From Candidatus Pelagibacter sp. HTCC7211 (lineage in GTDB: Bacteria; Pseudomonadota; Alphaproteobacteria; Pelagibacterales; Pelagibacteraceae): a stretch of DNA of 32,000 nt. The DNA is taken from NCBI RefSeq assembly GCF_000155895.1, contig NZ_DS995298.1:270001-302000 (forward strand). Reading direction: 5' to 3'. Positions 24,994 through 32,000 of this stretch are shown here, in pieces. A program made the position numbers and the translations under genes. A model generated the notes under the pieces. That model saw only the letters and a program-made list of their open reading frames with translations. It searched no databases and had not been told where the DNA came from. Within the stretch, counting starts at the first letter, position 1; each line of letters begins with the position of its first letter.

Positions 24994-25000
24994 AGGAGGT
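24993..25000 (+). promoter_or_regulatory. Strong Shine-Dalgarno sequence (AAGGAGGT) for the aminotransferase gene
   Basis: A perfect 8-nt SD lies 8 nt upstream of the ATG at 25009. Such long SD matches are rare elsewhere in this window. Confidence 0.5.
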
Positions 25001-25008
25001 ACACTAAA

Positions 25009-26175
25009 ATGAAATTAGCTAAAAATTTAGAAAACTTAGGAACAGAGTCTGCGTTTAGTGTATTAGCTGAAGCAAAAGCATTAGAGGCCAAAGGTAATCC
25101 AATGATACATTTGGGTCTTGGTCAACCAGACTTCAAAACACCCAAACATGTTGTTGAAGCAGCAAAAAAAGCGTTAGATGATGGACATCACGGGTATGTA
25201 ATGTCTAATGGTATTCCTGAATGTAGGCAAGCAGTAACAAGATGGATTAAAAAAAGATATAACGCTGATATTGACGCTGAAAGAATTTTAATTATGCCAG
25301 GTGGAAAACCAACTATGAGTTATGCAATTCAATGTTTTGGAGAGCCAGGTGCTGAAATAATTCATCCTACGCCAGCTTTTCCAATTTATGAATCAATGAT
25401 TAATTATACTGGCTCAACACCGGTTCCATATGATCTTACTGAAGATAAAGATCTTAAGTTTGATCCAGACAAAATATTATCTCTTATTACTGATAAAACT
25501 AGATTGTTAATTTTAATTAACCCAAACAATCCAACAGGAAGTTTTGTTGAGAAACCTGTAGTAGATTATTTTGCAAAAGAATTAGAAAAACATCCACATG
25601 TTACTATTTTAAGTGATGAAATTTATAGTAGACAAATTTTTGATTATAAAGAAATGCCATCATTTTTTCATTATGAAGCATTAAAGGATAGGTTAATAGT
25701 TTTAGAAGGATGGAGTAAAGCTTACTCAATGACTGGTTGGAGATTAGGATGGAGTTATTGGCCTAAAGAAATGGTTGCACATGTAAATAAATTATTAATT
25801 AATAGCGTATCTTGCGTAAATGCAGCTGCACAATTTGCAGGAATAGCAGCACTAGATGGTCCAGATGACTCTATTAATGATATGTTAGATAAATTCACCT
25901 TAAGAAGAAATTTAATTCATAAAGGCTTAAATGACCTACCCGGCATAGAGTGTAGCTTACCAGGTGGTGCTTTTTATGCATTTCCAAAAGTAAAAGGTAC
26001 AGGTATGACTGGTGCTGAATTTTGTAAAAAAGCTATGCATGAAGCTGGAGTTGCTATAGTTCCAGGAACAGCATTTGGTAAAACTTGCCAAGATTATGTA
26101 AGATTTAGTTTTGCTGCATCTAGAGAAAACATACAGCAGGCCTTAGAAAATATAGGCAAGATGCTTTCTAAATAA
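25009..26175 (+). CDS. PLP-dependent class I/II aminotransferase (aspartate/alanine aminotransferase-like)
   Basis: 388 aa. 'LGLGQPDF.TP', 'LINPNNPTG', 'LSDEIYS', PLP-lysine region 'GWSKAYSMTGWRLGW', C-terminal 'VRFSFA'. Confidence 0.85.
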   Translation: MKLAKNLENLGTESAFSVLAEAKALEAKGNPMIHLGLGQPDFKTPKHVVEAAKKALDDGHHGYVMSNGIPECRQAVTRWIKKRYNADIDAERILIMPGGKPTMSYAIQCFGEPGAEIIHPTPAFPIYESMINYTGSTPVPYDLTEDKDLKFDPDKILSLITDKTRLLILINPNNPTGSFVEKPVVDYFAKELEKHPHVTILSDEIYSRQIFDYKEMPSFFHYEALKDRLIVLEGWSKAYSMTGWRLGWSYWPKEMVAHVNKLLINSVSCVNAAAQFAGIAALDGPDDSINDMLDKFTLRRNLIHKGLNDLPGIECSLPGGAFYAFPKVKGTGMTGAEFCKKAMHEAGVAIVPGTAFGKTCQDYVRFSFAASRENIQQALENIGKMLSK

Positions 26176-26214
26176 GCTGTATTTTTTAATTATATTTATT
26201 AATATTAAAAAATT

Positions 26215-27588
26215 ATGAATGAACAGGTTCAATTAGAGTTAAAAAAATTACTTCATGAAAGAATCTCAACTTCTGAGTCAACTAGAACTACTTATGCGCG
26301 AGGAGAAGATACCTATGACCCAATTTTATCTAAGGCAGTAGTTTTCCCAGAAAGTAACGAGGAAGTTTCAAAGATATTAAGTTTATGTAATGAAAATAAA
26401 ATTCCGGTAGTACCATTTGGTACTGGAACCTCACTTGAGGGAAATGTTGTTGGTAATGATAAAGGGATCACTATTAGTTTAGAAAAGATGAACAAAATTT
26501 TAAGTGTACACGTAGAAGATTTTGATTGTAGGGTACAAGCATGTGTAACAAGAGAACAATTAAATGATTATTTGAGAGAAGACGGAGTTTTTTTCCCAAT
26601 AGATCCTGGAGCAAATGCAGCGCTTGGAGGTATGGCAGCAACTTCTGCCTCAGGAACCATGGCAGTTAAGTATGGCACTATGAAAACAGTCATAAGTGGA
26701 CTTACAGTTGTACTTGCAAATGGTGATATTATAAATACTGGAACTAGGACTAAAAAAACCTCTGCAGGTTATAATCTTACAAATTTATTTATTGGTTCAG
26801 AAGGTACATTGGGTATAATTACTGAAGTTCAATTAAGATTATCTCCTATACCAGAAAGTATAATGGCTGCAGTATGTCATTTTCCAACTTTAGAAAATGC
26901 TGTTCAAACTGCTCAACAAGTTATTCAATATGGTGTTCCAATAGCAAGGATTGAGATGCTTAATAAGGAACAAATGGGTATAAGTATTAATTATTCAAAC
27001 TTAAAAGGTGTTGAAGAAGTACCAACATTATTTTTTGAATTTCATGGTTCAGAACTTTCAAATCAAGAGAATATTAAAATTGTAGAAGAAATTTCAAAAG
27101 ATAATCGTGGAAGTTCGTTCAAGTGGGCTAAAGATTTAGAGGAAAGAAATAAACTTTGGAAAGCGAGATGGGACGTATATTATTCCGTTAAAGCTCTGAT
27201 TAAAAATGGAAGAGTTTATTCGACAGATATATGTGTTCCTATTTCAAATATAACAGAATGTGTGAATTTTGCGGAAGAACAAGCTGAAAAATTTGGGCTT
27301 AGAGCTCCAATGGTAGGTCATTTAGGTGATGGTAACTTTCATGTAATTTTACCTTACGATCCAGCAAAAAAAGAGATGTACGATAAAATAAGAGAATTTA
27401 ATGATTTGTTGATTAAGAAAGGGCTAGAATTAAATGGAACTATTACGGGTGAACATGGAGTTGGACTTCATAAAAAAAAATATTTACTAGAACAACATGC
27501 AGATAATATCCCTGTTATGAAATCTATAAAACGAACCTTGGATGCTAACAACATCATGAATCCAGGTAAGATTTTTGATTTAAATTAA
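26215..27588 (+). CDS. FAD-linked oxidase family D-2-hydroxyacid (D-lactate/glycolate, GlcD/Dld-like) dehydrogenase
   Basis: 457 aa. PCMH-type FAD-binding region 'PVVPFGTGTSLEG', 'GYNLTNLFIGSEGTLGIITE', C-terminal 'GHLGDGNFH' and 'GTITGEHGVGLHKKKYL', 'NIMNPGKIF'. Confidence 0.85.
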   Translation: MNEQVQLELKKLLHERISTSESTRTTYARGEDTYDPILSKAVVFPESNEEVSKILSLCNENKIPVVPFGTGTSLEGNVVGNDKGITISLEKMNKILSVHVEDFDCRVQACVTREQLNDYLREDGVFFPIDPGANAALGGMAATSASGTMAVKYGTMKTVISGLTVVLANGDIINTGTRTKKTSAGYNLTNLFIGSEGTLGIITEVQLRLSPIPESIMAAVCHFPTLENAVQTAQQVIQYGVPIARIEMLNKEQMGISINYSNLKGVEEVPTLFFEFHGSELSNQENIKIVEEISKDNRGSSFKWAKDLEERNKLWKARWDVYYSVKALIKNGRVYSTDICVPISNITECVNFAEEQAEKFGLRAPMVGHLGDGNFHVILPYDPAKKEMYDKIREFNDLLIKKGLELNGTITGEHGVGLHKKKYLLEQHADNIPVMKSIKRTLDANNIMNPGKIFDLN

Positions 27589-27598
27589 TCTTAAATTT

Positions 27599-28555
27599 AT
27601 GAAAAAAATTCTAATAACTAGAAAATTATTAAGAACTTGTGAAGATAAAGCCAAAGAAACATTTGAGGCTAATTTTAATTTAAATGATGAATTATATTCT
27701 CAAAAAAAATTAATTGAGTTAAGCGCAGGTCAGGATGGAATATTGTCATCTTTAACAGACAAATTAGACAGCGATACAATTAAAAAACTTCCAGACACTA
27801 TTAAGATCATTTCGAATTTTGCGGTTGGATTTGGAAATATAGATTTAGAGGCAGCAAAAAATAGAGGTATTGCAGTAACAAATACTCCAGATGTGCTTAC
27901 TGATGCTACAGCAGAGATTGGTGTATTATTAATATTGGGTGCTTGTAGAAGAGCTGCAGAGGGAATTGATAGTGCAAAAGAAGGTGGATGGAAATGGTCA
28001 GCAGATTACTTAATAGGAAAACAATTAACTGGCGCGAGACTTGGAATACTAGGTATGGGTAGAATTGGTCAAAAAATTGCAAAAGTTGCAAAATCTTTAG
28101 GAATGGTAATTCATTATCACAATCGATCTAAGCTTAGTGCGGATAAAGAAGATGGTGCAACTTATCATGACAATTTGAAAGATCTTCTTTCCGTGTCGGA
28201 TGTTCTATCAGTTTGTTGTCCAGCTTCTAAGGAAACTGTTGATATGATTAATAAGGATACTATTGAATATCTACCTAAAGGTGCAGTAGTAACGAACGTC
28301 GCAAGAGGCGATATAATTGAAGATGAAGCATTAATTGACGCTCTCAATAGGAGAAAAGTTTATGCAGTTGGGTTAGATGTTTATAAAAATGAGCCAAATT
28401 TAAATCCTGGATATTTGAAACACAAAAGTGCATTTATTCTTCCACATTTAGGTAGCGCAACTAAAGAAACTCGAACAGCAATGGCCAATCTAGCAATAGA
28501 TAATATTGATGAGTTTTTTAAAACTGGAAATTGTAAAAATAAAGTAAACAGATAG
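27599..28555 (+). CDS. D-isomer-specific NAD(P)-dependent 2-hydroxyacid dehydrogenase (glyoxylate/hydroxypyruvate reductase-like)
   Basis: 318 aa. 'GILGMGRIGQKIAK' dinucleotide fold, 'NVARGDIIDE', 'GLDVY..EP', 'LPHLGSAT' (Arg/Glu/His catalytic set). Confidence 0.85.
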   Translation: MKKILITRKLLRTCEDKAKETFEANFNLNDELYSQKKLIELSAGQDGILSSLTDKLDSDTIKKLPDTIKIISNFAVGFGNIDLEAAKNRGIAVTNTPDVLTDATAEIGVLLILGACRRAAEGIDSAKEGGWKWSADYLIGKQLTGARLGILGMGRIGQKIAKVAKSLGMVIHYHNRSKLSADKEDGATYHDNLKDLLSVSDVLSVCCPASKETVDMINKDTIEYLPKGAVVTNVARGDIIEDEALIDALNRRKVYAVGLDVYKNEPNLNPGYLKHKSAFILPHLGSATKETRTAMANLAIDNIDEFFKTGNCKNKVNR

Positions 28556-28591
28556 TTTATTTCAACCCTAAATTGTATAAAAGTTTATATG

Positions 28592-28606
28592 TGGTCAATG
28601 TGACCA
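28592..28606. promoter_or_regulatory. Perfect 6-3-6 palindrome TGGTCA-atg-TGACCA: candidate operator, or alternatively the stem-loop of a short intrinsic terminator
   Basis: Read directly from the sequence. It is followed by 'acttttt' and lies in the 126-nt spacer between the 2-hydroxyacid dehydrogenase gene and dctP. The TGGT...ACCA arms resemble GntR/FadR-type operator half-sites. Confidence 0.35.
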
Positions 28607-28681
28607 ACTTTTTAGAGGGACTCTATTTAAAATCTATGTTTTATTCTCGAAGTTAATTAACTATTAAAGAGGAGAGAACAA

Positions 28682-29839
28682 ATGATTAAAAGTAAAAAAT
28701 CATTAAAAGGTGCAAAAACACCTTCAAGACGTAAGTTCTTTAAAGCAGCAGCAGCAACAGGTGCAGCAGCAGCAACAGCTGTAGCAATGCCAAATGTGGC
28801 TTTTGGTGCTCCATTAACTTTAAAGATGCAAGCAGCTTGGCCTTCAGGCGCAAACATCTTTTTTGAAATGGCAGGAGACTACGCAAAAATGGTTAGCGAC
28901 ATGTCAGGAGGAGAATTAAAAATTGATCTTCAACCTGTTGGAGCAATTGTAAAAACTTCAGAAATTGGACAAGCAGTAAGTTCAGGTGTAGTTGATATGG
29001 GTCACTGGGTGACTGCATATTGGTACGGTAAGAATGCTGCAGCTTCACTTTTTGGAACTGGTCCTTCATACGGAATGTCATCTCAAGAAGTTATGGGATG
29101 GATGGAGTATGGTGGAGGAAGAGCATTATACGAAGAAGCAGTTAAAAGTGTAGGATTTAACTATACTGGTTTCTTCCATATGCCGATGCCAGCACAACCA
29201 TTTGGTTGGTTTAAAAAGAATGTAACAAAAGTATCTGATGTTAAAGGCATGAAGTATAGAACTGTTGGTCTAGCGACTAACGTTTTAACTGCTATGGGAA
29301 TGGTCGTAAGACAATTACCTGGTGGTGAAATCCAGCCGGCTATGAAAACTGGTTTGATTGATGCTGCAGAGTTTAACAACCCAACATCAGACTCACAGTT
29401 TGGAATGCAAGACGTCTCTAAACATTATCACTTAGGAAGTTTCCACCAATCTCAGGAAATGTTTGAAATTCCTATGAATACTAAGAGACTAAACAGCCTT
29501 GATCCTAAACATCAAGCTATCTTGAAAAATGCTGCTTATGCCGCAAACTCAGATAACTACTTTAAGGCACTAGTTAGATATTCTACTGACTTAGGTAAAT
29601 TGATGAATGAGCATAAGGTAAATGTTTACCAAACATCTGATGCTATCCTAGCAGAACAATTAAAAGGTTGGGATAAAATCATTGCTGAGTTCTCAGGTAA
29701 AGATGCTTTCTTTAAGAAGGTAGTAGACTCGCAAAAAGCATACGCTAAGAGAACTATGAAGTATCTGTTGATGAATCAACCGAACTACAAATTAGCTTAT
29801 GAAAATGAGTTTGGTCCAATTGCAAAAGTTAAAATTTAA
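28682..29839 (+). CDS. dctP: TRAP transporter periplasmic solute-binding protein (DctP superfamily, COG4663-like) with twin-arginine signal
   Basis: 385 aa. Tat motif 'SRRKFFKAAAATGAAAATAVAMPNVAFGAP'. SD 'AAGAGGAG' at 28667-28674. DctP-type motifs 'LKMQAAWPSG', 'GMKYRTVGL', 'IDAAEFNNP'. Confidence 0.85.
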   Translation: MIKSKKSLKGAKTPSRRKFFKAAAATGAAAATAVAMPNVAFGAPLTLKMQAAWPSGANIFFEMAGDYAKMVSDMSGGELKIDLQPVGAIVKTSEIGQAVSSGVVDMGHWVTAYWYGKNAAASLFGTGPSYGMSSQEVMGWMEYGGGRALYEEAVKSVGFNYTGFFHMPMPAQPFGWFKKNVTKVSDVKGMKYRTVGLATNVLTAMGMVVRQLPGGEIQPAMKTGLIDAAEFNNPTSDSQFGMQDVSKHYHLGSFHQSQEMFEIPMNTKRLNSLDPKHQAILKNAAYAANSDNYFKALVRYSTDLGKLMNEHKVNVYQTSDAILAEQLKGWDKIIAEFSGKDAFFKKVVDSQKAYAKRTMKYLLMNQPNYKLAYENEFGPIAKVKI

Positions 29840-29858
29840 TTAACTTTTAAATATTTAG

Positions 29859-29888
29859 AAAAGGGGGTTGAAAACCCCCTTTTTTTTT
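29859..29888 (+). terminator. Rho-independent terminator between dctP and dctQ
   Basis: gaAAAGGGGG-ttgaaaa-CCCCCTTTtttttttt: a GC-rich stem (GGGGG/CCCCC extended by A-T pairs), a 7-nt loop and a T run of about 9, located 20 nt after the dctP stop. Confidence 0.8.
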
Positions 29889-29911
29889 AGCTTAACTTAA
29901 TATACTTTCCT

Positions 29912-30499
29912 ATGATGAAATCTTTCATTAAATTTTCAGATACATTAAGCACCTCGATGGGAAAAGCTTTTTCGTGGTGTATTGTAATTTTGATGGGAGG
30001 AACAGTTTATGAAGTAGTTATGGCTTATGCTTTTAATAAGCCAACTTTGTGGAATTTTGATTTTAGCATGCAAATGTATGGTGCAATTCTTATGATGTCT
30101 GGTGCATATTGTTTAGCAACAGAAGCTCATGTAAGGGGTGATGTTATTTATAGGTTGTTTAGTCAAAGAACCCAAGCATGGATAGATCTAGTTCTTTATT
30201 TCATATTTTTTTTCCCAGGTGTTGTTGCTTTAGCATTTTATGGATACGAGTACGCGGCGCTTGCATGGAAAATCAAAGAAACTAGCTGGAGTAGCCCAGC
30301 ACAAATTCAAATTTACATGGTTAAATCCATGATACCAGCTGCAGGTACTTTATTAATTATTCAAGGCATTAGTGAAGTGTGCAGATCAATAATATGTATT
30401 CAAGAAGGTCAATGGCCAGCAAGGATGGTTGTTGCAGAAGAAACTGAGCAAGTACTGATGAGAGCAGCTCAAGATGAGGATAAAAACAATGTTAATTAG
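29912..30499 (+). CDS. dctQ: TRAP transporter small permease subunit (DctQ family, COG4665-like)
   Basis: 195 aa with four hydrophobic spans, positioned between dctP and dctM. 'HVRGDVIY' is the typical DctQ conserved segment. Confidence 0.75.
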   Translation: MMKSFIKFSDTLSTSMGKAFSWCIVILMGGTVYEVVMAYAFNKPTLWNFDFSMQMYGAILMMSGAYCLATEAHVRGDVIYRLFSQRTQAWIDLVLYFIFFFPGVVALAFYGYEYAALAWKIKETSWSSPAQIQIYMVKSMIPAAGTLLIIQGISEVCRSIICIQEGQWPARMVVAEETEQVLMRAAQDEDKNNVN

Positions 30500-31850
30500 T
30501 CTAACCAATCCAGAAGTAGCAATTTTAATGATGGGAATATTCCTGTTTGCTGTGCTTTTAGGATTCCCGATTGCTTTTACTTTAATGGCAATGGGAATTG
30601 GTTTTGGTTATTACGCTTATTACGATGCTACCATGATGGAGCACATATTTGATAATAGAATTTTCCAATTATTTGTTCAAAACACTTACACGGTAATGGA
30701 TAACAACGTGCTCACAGCGGTACCTCTATTTTTATTTATGGGTTATCTTGTTGAAAGAGCCGGAATAGTTGCAAAATTATTCTTTGCAATAAGATTAGCA
30801 GCTCACAGACTTCCAGCATCAATGGCAGTTGCTGCATTAATTACGTGTACATTATTTTCAACAGCAACAGGAATTATTGGCGCGGTAGTTACCTTAATGG
30901 GGCTACTTGCATGGCCAGCAATGGTTAAAGCTGGTTATGATAAAAAGTTTGCTTCAGGAATAATTTGTGCTGGTGGATGTTTAGGCATCTTAATTCCACC
31001 GAGTATTATGTTAATTGTTTATTCAGTAATCGCACAATTATCTCCATTAAGATTATTTGCTGCAGCAATTTTTCCAGGCCTTATGTTGGCAGGTCTTTAT
31101 ATAGCTTATGCTGTTACAAGGGCATGGTTAAATCCATCACTAGCTCCTAGGCCGCCTGCAGAAGATATTCCACCAAGATCAGAAATTTTGAAGGAAGTAT
31201 TAGTTTCATTTGTTCCATTATTTGGGTTAATAATGTTGGTTTTAGGTACTATTTTAGCTGGAATTGCTACACCTGCAGAAGCAGCAGCAGCAGGGGCTTT
31301 TGGCGCAATACTTTTGTCTTGGTTTTATAAAACACTTAAGTGGCAAAATTTTAAAGAGTCAGTTTTTTTAACTGCTAAAACTACCGCAATGATTATGTGG
31401 TTATTTATTGGATCTTGGACATTCTCATCTGTGTTTTCTTATTTAGGTGGTCACGAAGTATTTGAACATTTTTTTACTTCAATTAATATTACAACTTGGC
31501 AATTTTTGGTTATCACTCAAATAATAATTTTTCTTTTAGGTTGGCCACTAGAATGGACTGAGATTTTAATTATCTTTGTTCCAATATTTTTACCTCTATT
31601 AGAAGTATTTAATGTAAATCCATATTTTTTCGCAATGTTAATTGCTCTAAATTTACAGACATCTTTTTTAACTCCACCGATGGCTATGTCAGCCTATTAC
31701 TTAAAAGGTGTGCAAAAAACTAATGTTGAGTTGATGGAAATATTTAGAGGAATTATGCCATTTTTAGGAATTGTAATTTTTGCAATGTTTTTAATGTATA
31801 TGTTTCCAGGTATAGCTTTATGGCTACCAGAAACATTATTTGCTGATTAA
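30489..31850 (+). CDS. dctM: TRAP transporter large permease subunit (DctM family, COG4664-like)
   Basis: The tracked ORF starts at 30474. The ATG at 30489 (MLISLTNPEVAILMMGIFLFAVLLGFPIAF...) fits DctM N-termini better, but the start remains ambiguous. 'LTAVPLFLFMG', 'GGCLGILIPPSIMLIVY', 'ATPAEAAAAGA', 'FLTPPMAMSAYY'. Confidence 0.9.
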   Translation: MLISLTNPEVAILMMGIFLFAVLLGFPIAFTLMAMGIGFGYYAYYDATMMEHIFDNRIFQLFVQNTYTVMDNNVLTAVPLFLFMGYLVERAGIVAKLFFAIRLAAHRLPASMAVAALITCTLFSTATGIIGAVVTLMGLLAWPAMVKAGYDKKFASGIICAGGCLGILIPPSIMLIVYSVIAQLSPLRLFAAAIFPGLMLAGLYIAYAVTRAWLNPSLAPRPPAEDIPPRSEILKEVLVSFVPLFGLIMLVLGTILAGIATPAEAAAAGAFGAILLSWFYKTLKWQNFKESVFLTAKTTAMIMWLFIGSWTFSSVFSYLGGHEVFEHFFTSINITTWQFLVITQIIIFLLGWPLEWTEILIIFVPIFLPLLEVFNVNPYFFAMLIALNLQTSFLTPPMAMSAYYLKGVQKTNVELMEIFRGIMPFLGIVIFAMFLMYMFPGIALWLPETLFAD

Positions 31851-31852
31851 AA

Positions 31853-32000
31853 ATGACAGACATATTTTCGTTAAAAGTTGAAGAAATTGTATCTAAGATT
31901 AAAGATGCTCAACTTACTTCTGTAGAAATTTGTGAAAAGTATATTGAAAGAATAAATAAGTTTGAAAAAGATGTAAAAGCTTGGGTTTACTTCGATAAAA
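31853..32000 (+). CDS. Amidase-signature family amidase, N-terminal fragment (3' end beyond the window)
   Basis: ATG 2 nt after the dctM stop. MTDIFSLKVEEIVSKIKDAQLTSVEICEKYIERINKFEKDVKAWVYFDK matches the usual amidase/GatA N-terminal helix pattern (L...E....I......S..E.......RI......NA...). Only 49 aa are visible. Confidence 0.5.
   Translation, partial: MTDIFSLKVEEIVSKIKDAQLTSVEICEKYIERINKFEKDVKAWVYFDK

Noticed and set aside
26176-26214. The 39-nt spacer after the aminotransferase gene ('gctgtatttttt...'), considered as a terminator.
   Set aside because: Only a 4-bp potential stem (gctt/aagc) precedes the T-run. That is too weak to call.
30474-30488. The ATG at 30474 as the start of the second dctM (MRIKT...).
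   Set aside because: Not excluded. However, the ATG at 30489 gives an N-terminus that leads directly into the first TM helix, as in other DctM proteins, and shortens the overlap with dctQ to 11 nt. I report 30489 and flag the ambiguity.
986-31150. Twenty 60-83-aa ORFs in the track: 986-1186, 1609-1797, 3700-3900, 5957-6157, 6564-6800, 12780-12962, 14243-14494, 14532-14729, 17032-17220, 20042-20227, 22734-22925, 23457-23639, 24717-24905, 26313-26495, 27906-28091, 28165-28347, 28657-28857, 28893-29081, 29161-29379 and 30965-31150.
   Set aside because: Each lies antisense to, or out of frame within, a long ORF that has clear family motifs. Their translations are low-complexity, or mirror the codon structure of the real gene (for example, 28657-28857 is the antisense of the Ala-rich Tat signal). 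None has a recognisable motif or a plausible independent start context. I treat them as shadow ORFs.
1-32000. A genomic island, prophage, defence system, CRISPR array or mobile element.
   Set aside because: There is no integrase, transposase, tRNA/tmRNA attachment site, direct-repeat array, restriction/modification, toxin-antitoxin or phage-like gene. Apart from the GC-richer TRAP operon, the gene content is core-metabolic or housekeeping with uniform streamlined architecture.

Overview
Very AT-rich, extremely gene-dense window: about 39 CDS, most spacers under 50 bp, and many ATGA/TAATG start-stop overlaps. The gene set is alphaproteobacterial (System I ccm genes, IalB-like, DUF2794-like, YciB, HspQ). 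Composition and streamlining best fit a SAR11/Pelagibacterales-type marine chromosome; this is an inference, not a database hit. I found no rRNA, tRNA, CRISPR array, IS element, integrase or recognisable DNA-binding regulator. Content from left to right: (1) the end of one TRAP transporter (dctM) coupled to an isocitrate-lyase/PEP-mutase-family lyase. (2) A minus-strand SDR / ABM-monooxygenase / PQQ-type sugar dehydrogenase trio, divergent by only 27 bp from a COG3046 (CryB/PhrB-like) photolyase-family gene. That gene heads an overlap-coupled plus-strand array: an untracked 42-aa DUF2256-like zinc-ribbon ORF, a secreted FG-GAP/UnbV(ASPIC) protein, a secreted 10-Cys protein, a class-I glutamine amidotransferase, a 73-aa half-PnuC-like 3-TM protein, and an ammonium transporter fused to a PP2C/SpoIIE phosphatase. 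(3) A convergent minus-strand operon of two small membrane proteins plus an inverted-topology (NewPHL-like) photolyase homologue. (4) Housekeeping genes (argG, aldo-keto reductase, BI-1/YccA, yciB, hspQ). (5) ccmCDEFGH plus a PagL-like gene. (6) A 2-hydroxyacid/2-oxoacid cluster: tandem LldD-like paralogues, an aminotransferase, a FAD-linked D-2-hydroxyacid dehydrogenase and an NAD(P)-dependent 2-hydroxyacid dehydrogenase. (7) A second, GC-richer TRAP operon (Tat-signal dctP, internal terminator, dctQ, dctM) running into an amidase. The best candidates for undescribed biology are the Amt-PP2C fusion as an ammonium-sensing module, the photolyase-linked secreted and membrane gene array, and the half-size PnuC-like protein. 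All functional calls rest on motif recognition by eye and need HMM or BLAST confirmation.
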